Origin: Thraustochytrium aureum
Lineage: Eukaryota
Reading direction: 5' to 3'
Assembly: GCA_012862495.1 (NCBI GenBank)
Contig: BLSG01000422.1
Location: 83,884 to 119,329 of the forward strand
DNA length: 35,446 nt
Part shown: positions 29,901 through 35,446 of the stretch, one piece after another
Numbering within the stretch: the stretch's first letter is position 1
How the letters are laid out: each line of letters starts with the position of its first letter
Program-made: the position numbers and the translations under genes
The notes under the pieces: model-generated
The model's input: the letters and a program-made list of their open reading frames with translations, nothing else
The model's database searches: none
What the model was told of the DNA's origin: nothing

Positions 29901-31697
29901 ATGCGAGGGCTCCGCGAGCAAGTTGAGGCCGCTCGGGGTGGCGCTGGCCGCCCTGGGGATGGCAACCAGTTCGATGCTCATGACGCTGTATCACCGCGCG
30001 CGACAATGTGGAGCCCTGCGCGCGGACAGCTTAACGAGGACGAAACGGAGGATGAAGCCACGGACGAGCGGTGGCTCTCGCTTGGCAACCAAACGCCGAG
30101 GCTGACGGTGGACGCCAAACTTGTGGCCTGCGCACAGGCGGTTGGTATTCGGACGATCGCGGGGCTGCGTCTCGTCCGCTTTTTCGCCAACCGAGCGGTG
30201 CAGTTGAGGTCCAGAGGCGGCATCACAGCGCGGCAAGGGGACGGCATCAAGAGCATCTTGCAGCAGCTTGTCGAGGAAAAATCCACTGCTCCAAGAGAGC
30301 GATGGGAGTCGATCATGCGCGACATGTTTGGAAGCAAAGCGCAGGAGGACGGGACCCGCACTGGACCTCTGCGCAAGGGAGCAGGCTACAACACGCGACA
30401 TGCGGCCTCTAGAACAGCGCCACCGCCAGGGCGAGCGCCTTTTAGTGGCGAGAAACCGGCCCGCCTGGCGCCGAGCGGCGCGCAAGGAATGCCCCGCCCC
30501 CAGCCACCGCCGCTGGCTCGCGCAAGCGGCACATCAGGCGCAAGCCCGCCTGCGCCGCATGGGGACAAGGTTGGCTGCATATTCCCGATTGGCTATCTCC
30601 GCTCCCGAGAGCGCGGCCTGCCTCGCCCACCAAGTGAGAGACGTCGCCCTGCTGGGCGCGCGCGAACGCGCGACGAGCTCTTCGAGCTTGTGCTCGCCTT
30701 TCTCGACGTGAGGTCGATGGTGCGGTGCCTCGGAGTTGCGCGCGAGGTGGTCGCGTTTATTGACGAGCGCCCCCATCTCTGGCGGCGAGCAAGCCGAATC
30801 GAGCTCGGCACGGCGGCCGACTCGATGCACATGACAAGGAGACTCTGGCGCTGCCGCGGGCTGTCTTGTGTCCTCGGCCATGGCAGCGCAAAGGAGGCCG
30901 AGGCTGTCGTGCGCGACGACCTTGTCGGAAGCTTTCAAACCTTGGTGGTGGATAGCGAACTCCCAGCATTGCGGGGGTCGGAGGAAGCTCAAGCGGCAGG
31001 CCACGCGCTCTATTGCGCAGCAAAGGCGAGCAGCCCTTGCATCGTATTCTTCCGGAGTGCCGCCCTTGTTGGTCCGCGCGAGGGCTTGACAAAGGATGAA
31101 TCCGCGTTCGGCCCCTCGTCGAGGCGCGAGGAGCCGAGGTTGGGCCGCGACGGCGTGCGCACAGAGTCAGCTGCGCGACTCAAACGGCCACATGCAGCGA
31201 CCATCATGCGGAAAGACGTCGCAAAGCTCTGCGAGCTCGTGCAAAAGGATTGCTCTTCGGATGCGATCATGGTGCTGGCGCCCTCAAGCGAGCCATCTCG
31301 TGTACAGCCAGCTCTTCGGCAGCTGTTCCGGGCGATAGTCGCCGTGCACGGCGAAGGAATGCTGTCCGCTTCGCCGCTTGCGCCGCGCAAAGGCCTCTCG
31401 GCTGAGCAAGTGCGCGAGCGGCTCGGCACTGCCGCGCTTCGCTTGTCAGAGGCGGACCGTGCGGCGGTTTGCGCGCTTCTTGCGGGAAGCAGCGAGGACG
31501 CAGTGGCGCGTTCCGTGGCGAGGGCCTCCTCGCGGCTTCTCACGCGGCTCCGGGCTGCGCGGCACTTTGTTGAGGAAGGTGGTCGCTTCAGGGCCTGCGA
31601 CGCGGCTTGCCCAGGCGCGCAAGCTCGTGTCCTCGGCGACTTGCCGCTCTCCCGCGTGGAGTTTGGCATGCACGAGCTGAGCGACTTTGAGCTGTAA
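29901..31697 (+). CDS. F-box-like protein with a C-terminal degenerate Vps4-like AAA domain, 598 aa
   Basis: F-box-like DELFELVLAFLDVRSMVRCLGVAREVVAFI....LWRR (~30672-30788). AAA-like remnants are LYCAAKASSPCIVFF, IMVLAPSSEPSRVQPALRQLF and LSEADRAAVC, and there is a Vps4 beta-domain-like RLRAARHF..FRACDAACPGAQARVLGDLP. Confidence 0.65.
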   Translation: MRGLREQVEAARGGAGRPGDGNQFDAHDAVSPRATMWSPARGQLNEDETEDEATDERWLSLGNQTPRLTVDAKLVACAQAVGIRTIAGLRLVRFFANRAVQLRSRGGITARQGDGIKSILQQLVEEKSTAPRERWESIMRDMFGSKAQEDGTRTGPLRKGAGYNTRHAASRTAPPPGRAPFSGEKPARLAPSGAQGMPRPQPPPLARASGTSGASPPAPHGDKVGCIFPIGYLRSRERGLPRPPSERRRPAGRARTRDELFELVLAFLDVRSMVRCLGVAREVVAFIDERPHLWRRASRIELGTAADSMHMTRRLWRCRGLSCVLGHGSAKEAEAVVRDDLVGSFQTLVVDSELPALRGSEEAQAAGHALYCAAKASSPCIVFFRSAALVGPREGLTKDESAFGPSSRREEPRLGRDGVRTESAARLKRPHAATIMRKDVAKLCELVQKDCSSDAIMVLAPSSEPSRVQPALRQLFRAIVAVHGEGMLSASPLAPRKGLSAEQVRERLGTAALRLSEADRAAVCALLAGSSEDAVARSVARASSRLLTRLRAARHFVEEGGRFRACDAACPGAQARVLGDLPLSRVEFGMHELSDFEL

Positions 31698-31733
31698 GCT
31701 AGTGCAATCTGTAGGCGGAAAAATACAAGTGCT

Positions 31734-32571
31734 TTACTCCTGCACGCCTCGCGCGCTGTTTTCATGGTCCTGCACAAGCAATGGCTCCAGCGCAGGCGCT
31801 TGGGCTTCCGGGGCGACTTCACCGCGTCCTGAGAGACATGCAAGCCCCTCAGGAAAGAGTATAAAAAGCGCTGCAAGGACATGCTCCTTTGGCGTGACGT
31901 GGTTGCAGACGATGCGAAACTCGACGAGCAAACCAAGAAGGAGCACCTCCGAGGCCAGCACGCCGTACCAAAAGCGGGCAGGCAAGAATGTCGCCCCGAT
32001 CAGCCCGGCGCACAGGCAAGCCGTCGTCGCGAACGCCGCCGCATTCACCCAAGTCACGTAGGCCGAAGGCAGGAACAGATGCGCCAAGATCGCGCAGAGA
32101 CCAACCGTCGTCAAGCAGAGGCAGTACAATGCCTCCTCGTGAAAGCTCAGTGCAGAAGCGAGGAGGGCGACGTCGATCGCGATTGCGACGGTCCAAAACA
32201 CAAACAAGACCTTGTTCCACCCGGGCAAGATGCCAAACTTGAACACAAGCGGGACCAAAACGCAGACGATCAGCACATTGACGCCGATGTCCAAGCACGA
32301 GGCCCTGAACGTGTCATAGCAGACGTCCTTCTCCAGCGCGTCCCTTGCCTTTTGCGGCAGCCCGAGCAGCGCCGCGACGAGACCGGTCGTCGCGGCAAAC
32401 TGGACCACCGCGAGGGCCCACGCGCGCTTGTGGAAGGCAACGACCGCGTCCCAGTGCTCGTCGCTCGCCGCGAAGTGGCTCACGGACCACCGCAGCGGCG
32501 GCGCCGGCTCGGCGGCGCCATCCTCGCTGGTCGCCGAGGTGCGCTCGCCGTGCTCGCCCTCCAGAGGGACG
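31734..32571 (-). CDS. Divergent TMBIM / Bax inhibitor-1 family membrane protein (5' end in gap)
   Basis: FHKRAWALAVVQF resembles FIRKVY..L..QL, and PGWNKVLFVFWT resembles PxNxxLLxxFT. There are about seven hydrophobic segments and a C-terminal VTPKEHVLAAL resembling SPEEYIxAA. Confidence 0.65.
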
Positions 32572-34316
32572 NNNNNNNNNNNNNNNNNNNNNNNNNNNNN
32601 NNNNNNNNNNNNNNNNNNNNNNNNNNNNNNNNNNNNNNNNNNNNNNNNNNNNNNNNNNNNNNNNNNNNNNNNNNNNNNNNNNNNNNNNNNNNNNNNNNNN
32701 NNNNNNNNNNNNNNNNNNNNNNNNNNNNNNNNNNNNNNNNNNNNNNNNNNNNNNNNNNNNNNNNNNNNNNNNNNNNNNNNNNNNNNNNNNNNNNNNNNNN
32801 NNNNNNNNNNNNNNNNNNNNNNNNNNNNNNNNNNNNNNNNNNNNNNNNNNNNNNNNNNNNNNNNNNNNNNNNNNNNNNNNNNNNNNNNNNNNNNNNNNNN
32901 NNNNNNNNNNNNNNNNNNNNNNNNNNNNNNNNNNNNNNNNNNNNNNNNNNNNNNNNNNNNNNNNNNNNNNNNNNNNNNNNNNNNNNNNNNNNNNNNNNNN
33001 NNNNNNNNNNNNNNNNNNNNNNNNNNNNNNNNNNNNNNNNNNNNNNNNNNNNNNNNNNNNNNNNNNNNNNNNNNNNNNNNNNNNNNNNNNNNNNNNNNNN
33101 NNNNNNNNNNNNNNNNNNNNNNNNNNNNNNNNNNNNNNNNNNNNNNNNNNNNNNNNNNNNNNNNNNNNNNNNNNNNNNNNNNNNNNNNNNNNNNNNNNNN
33201 NNNNNNNNNNNNNNNNNNNNNNNNNNNNNNNNNNNNNNNNNNNNNNNNNNNNNNNNNNNNNNNNNNNNNNNNNNNNNNNNNNNNNNNNNNNNNNNNNNNN
33301 NNNNNNNNNNNNNNNNNNNNNNNNNNNNNNNNNNNNNNNNNNNNNNNNNNNNNNNNNNNNNNNNNNNNNNNNNNNNNNNNNNNNNNNNNNNNNNNNNNNN
33401 NNNNNNNNNNNNNNNNNNNNNNNNNNNNNNNNNNNNNNNNNNNNNNNNNNNNNNNNNNNNNNNNNNNNNNNNNNNNNNNNNNNNNNNNNNNNNNNNNNNN
33501 NNNNNNNNNNNNNNNNNNNNNNNNNNNNNNNNNNNNNNNGAGGCCATCGCAGCGAGTCCTGCGCAGTCCTGCGCGCTCTCGCGTCCTTCGCAGGCCGTCC
33601 GCGCGCCGGGGCGTCCTTCCGTCCGCGCTCGCTCGCCCGACCAGAGCGAGCCAAGCCGGGCGTCGAGAGCGCGGTTGCGAGCCTGCCTGACCTGCAAGCC
33701 GCCCCGCTTCCAAGGCCTGGCTGGCAGATGTGCAGCTGCGGCGACTTGGCTGCGGTGTCTGGCGATCCTACGAGTTGGAAGAATGGCGCGAGCTGCGACA
33801 TCATGGTTGCGCAGTCGTCGCTCTCTCGTGGCGGCTGCGCACACCAATTGTCCTTTCCTGCTCTCTTTCCTCCTGGCGTTTGTATCTTTTTCTTTCTTGA
33901 GTAAATTTTCACAATCAATTGCTTGCGCGATTTGCCAAAATGCGTAACTGTGTGGAGGCGCATGAAACATATGCATTTGCACTCTTGACAAGCTAAAAAG
34001 TGAGGGAGGGAGAGCGAGCCCGACGAACAGTTCTCTTGGCGTGCGGAGTGGCGAGTTGATCGGTTTGTTCGGTGAGCGGACATGCAGGAGATGATAGGAC
34101 AAGCGGGACGAGCAGGCGGGATGCGACAGATCCGATTGACTGCCTGCCTGCCAGCCTGCCAGCCAGCCAGCCTGCCCGTGTCAGGGGTCTGCCTGCCAGT
34201 GCGCGTAGGTCGCCCGCCTGAAGGCTGCCTGGCCGGCTGCACGCGGGCGCGCGCGCCGATCGTGTTCGCGAGGACACGGTGTGAGCCTTGGGTGCGGGAG
34301 GTAGTGGACGCGAAGA

Positions 34317-35446
34317 ATGGCCGTGCTCGCTGCGGAAGTGGCCCATGATGGCAAGGCAGGACGAAGCCCCGTGGAGGAGATGAATCGGCAGCGAGCGGTG
34401 GACATGCTGGGCCCGCTCGGTTTTTGGCCATGTGCGAAGGGTCCATGGTGGAGCAGGCGAGGGAGGTGCTCGCGAAGACGGCAACGCGCGGAGACGGATC
34501 AGCGGCGGCCAAGGCGCTCGCGTCCATGATGGGAGCAGGCGCACTCGCGGAGTTTTTGACAGGCCCTGTGCTCGCGCAGCTCTCGGACTCATACGGACGC
34601 AACCGCGCGCTGAGGTTCTGCGCGCTGGGCACCGCTTTGGCCCGCGTGCAGGTGGCCCTGCGGCCGGGGTCGAGGAGCGCGCTTTTCTGGGATCGAGTGG
34701 TCAGCATGGTCCTGACCAGCAGCTTTGTTTCAACCGTGCGCGCGACGCAGGCCGATGTAGCTGGTAGCAACTTGGAGCTTGCACTAGCCGCAGGACGCGT
34801 GGCCAGGTTCGCCGCCGCCGGCCTGTTCTTCGGCCCCTACTTGACCGCAGCCCTGCGGCGCCTCGTAGGTGGGGGCCCTCAAACCGCGTTCTTGCTTGCG
34901 TCTGCGATTTCTTGCAGCGTGGCTGCTTTAGTGAGCACCGAGATGGGCGAGACGCTCGAGGAGGGCGACCGGCGCCCTGTGGATCTAGCTTCCAGTACGC
35001 CAATCTCCTTTCTTCGGATTCTGTCTCGCAACAAGACGACTGCTGCGCTCATGGGCGTCATTCTTCTCCAAGCGATAGGCGACCCGCGAAACCTGCACGA
35101 GGTGACCAACACGTTCATGCGCGACCACCTCGGGTGGGGCGCGGTCAAGGCCAGCAACATGGTTGCAGCCACTGGCGCCGCAACTCTTATCAGCGCCCTG
35201 TTCGCTGACGGCTCTCTCACAACGCTTGGGCTGCGGGGGCACACCACCGCAGCCAACGTGATGCACGCCGCTAGCTCGCTTCTGTGGGCGCTCGCCCCAG
35301 CTGTCGCTCCGTGGGATGTGGCGTTCACCCACCTAGGCCTCATGGCTTCGCTCGGGGCCACAGGCGCAGGGACGCCGTCGAGTCGATCACGACCAAGCTC
35401 GTCATGGAAGACGGCAAGGAAGGCAACGCGCAGGTGGCGGCTGCCA
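34317..35446 (+). CDS. Major facilitator superfamily transporter (TetA/DHA1-like), 3'-partial; not in the supplied ORF track as one ORF
   Basis: The frame from ATG 34430 reads GAGALAEFLTGPVLAQLSDSYGRN (MFS motif A), RATQADV, GLFFGP, ETL and FMRDHLGW, with multiple TM segments. There are 1-nt deletions in the T run 34421-34425 and the G run near 35355. Confidence 0.85.

Overview
This is eukaryotic, GC-rich, gene-dense and intron-poor draft genomic DNA with 10 N-gaps. The gene content and compact style suggest a heterotrophic stramenopile such as a thraustochytrid (inference only). About 14 protein-coding genes are recognisable. In order they are: an IQ-motif segment, a large group-1 TRP channel preceded by two Nudix-like domains, a nucleotidyltransferase-glucuronokinase fusion (GKUP-type), an EF-hand/IQ/coiled-coil protein, COX6A, SKA1, an NSF-N-like/BTB-like/cytochrome b5 protein, a coiled-coil protein, a BMT5/DUF2431 methyltransferase, FAM32A, a second coiled-coil protein, an FN3-WW-HECT E3 ligase, an F-box/Vps4-like pseudo-ATPase, a TMBIM/BI-1-like protein and an MFS transporter. 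Many genes are broken by single-base indels in homopolymer runs, which are most likely sequencing errors, so the supplied ORF track splits them. The best candidates for new biology are (1) the TRP channel with tandem N-terminal degenerate Nudix-fold domains and possibly IQ motifs, and (2) the F-box protein fused to an apparently dead Vps4-like AAA domain, which sits head-to-head with the NEDD4-like ligase. I saw no rRNA, tRNA, CRISPR array or mobile element. All family assignments come from motif recognition by eye, not database searches.
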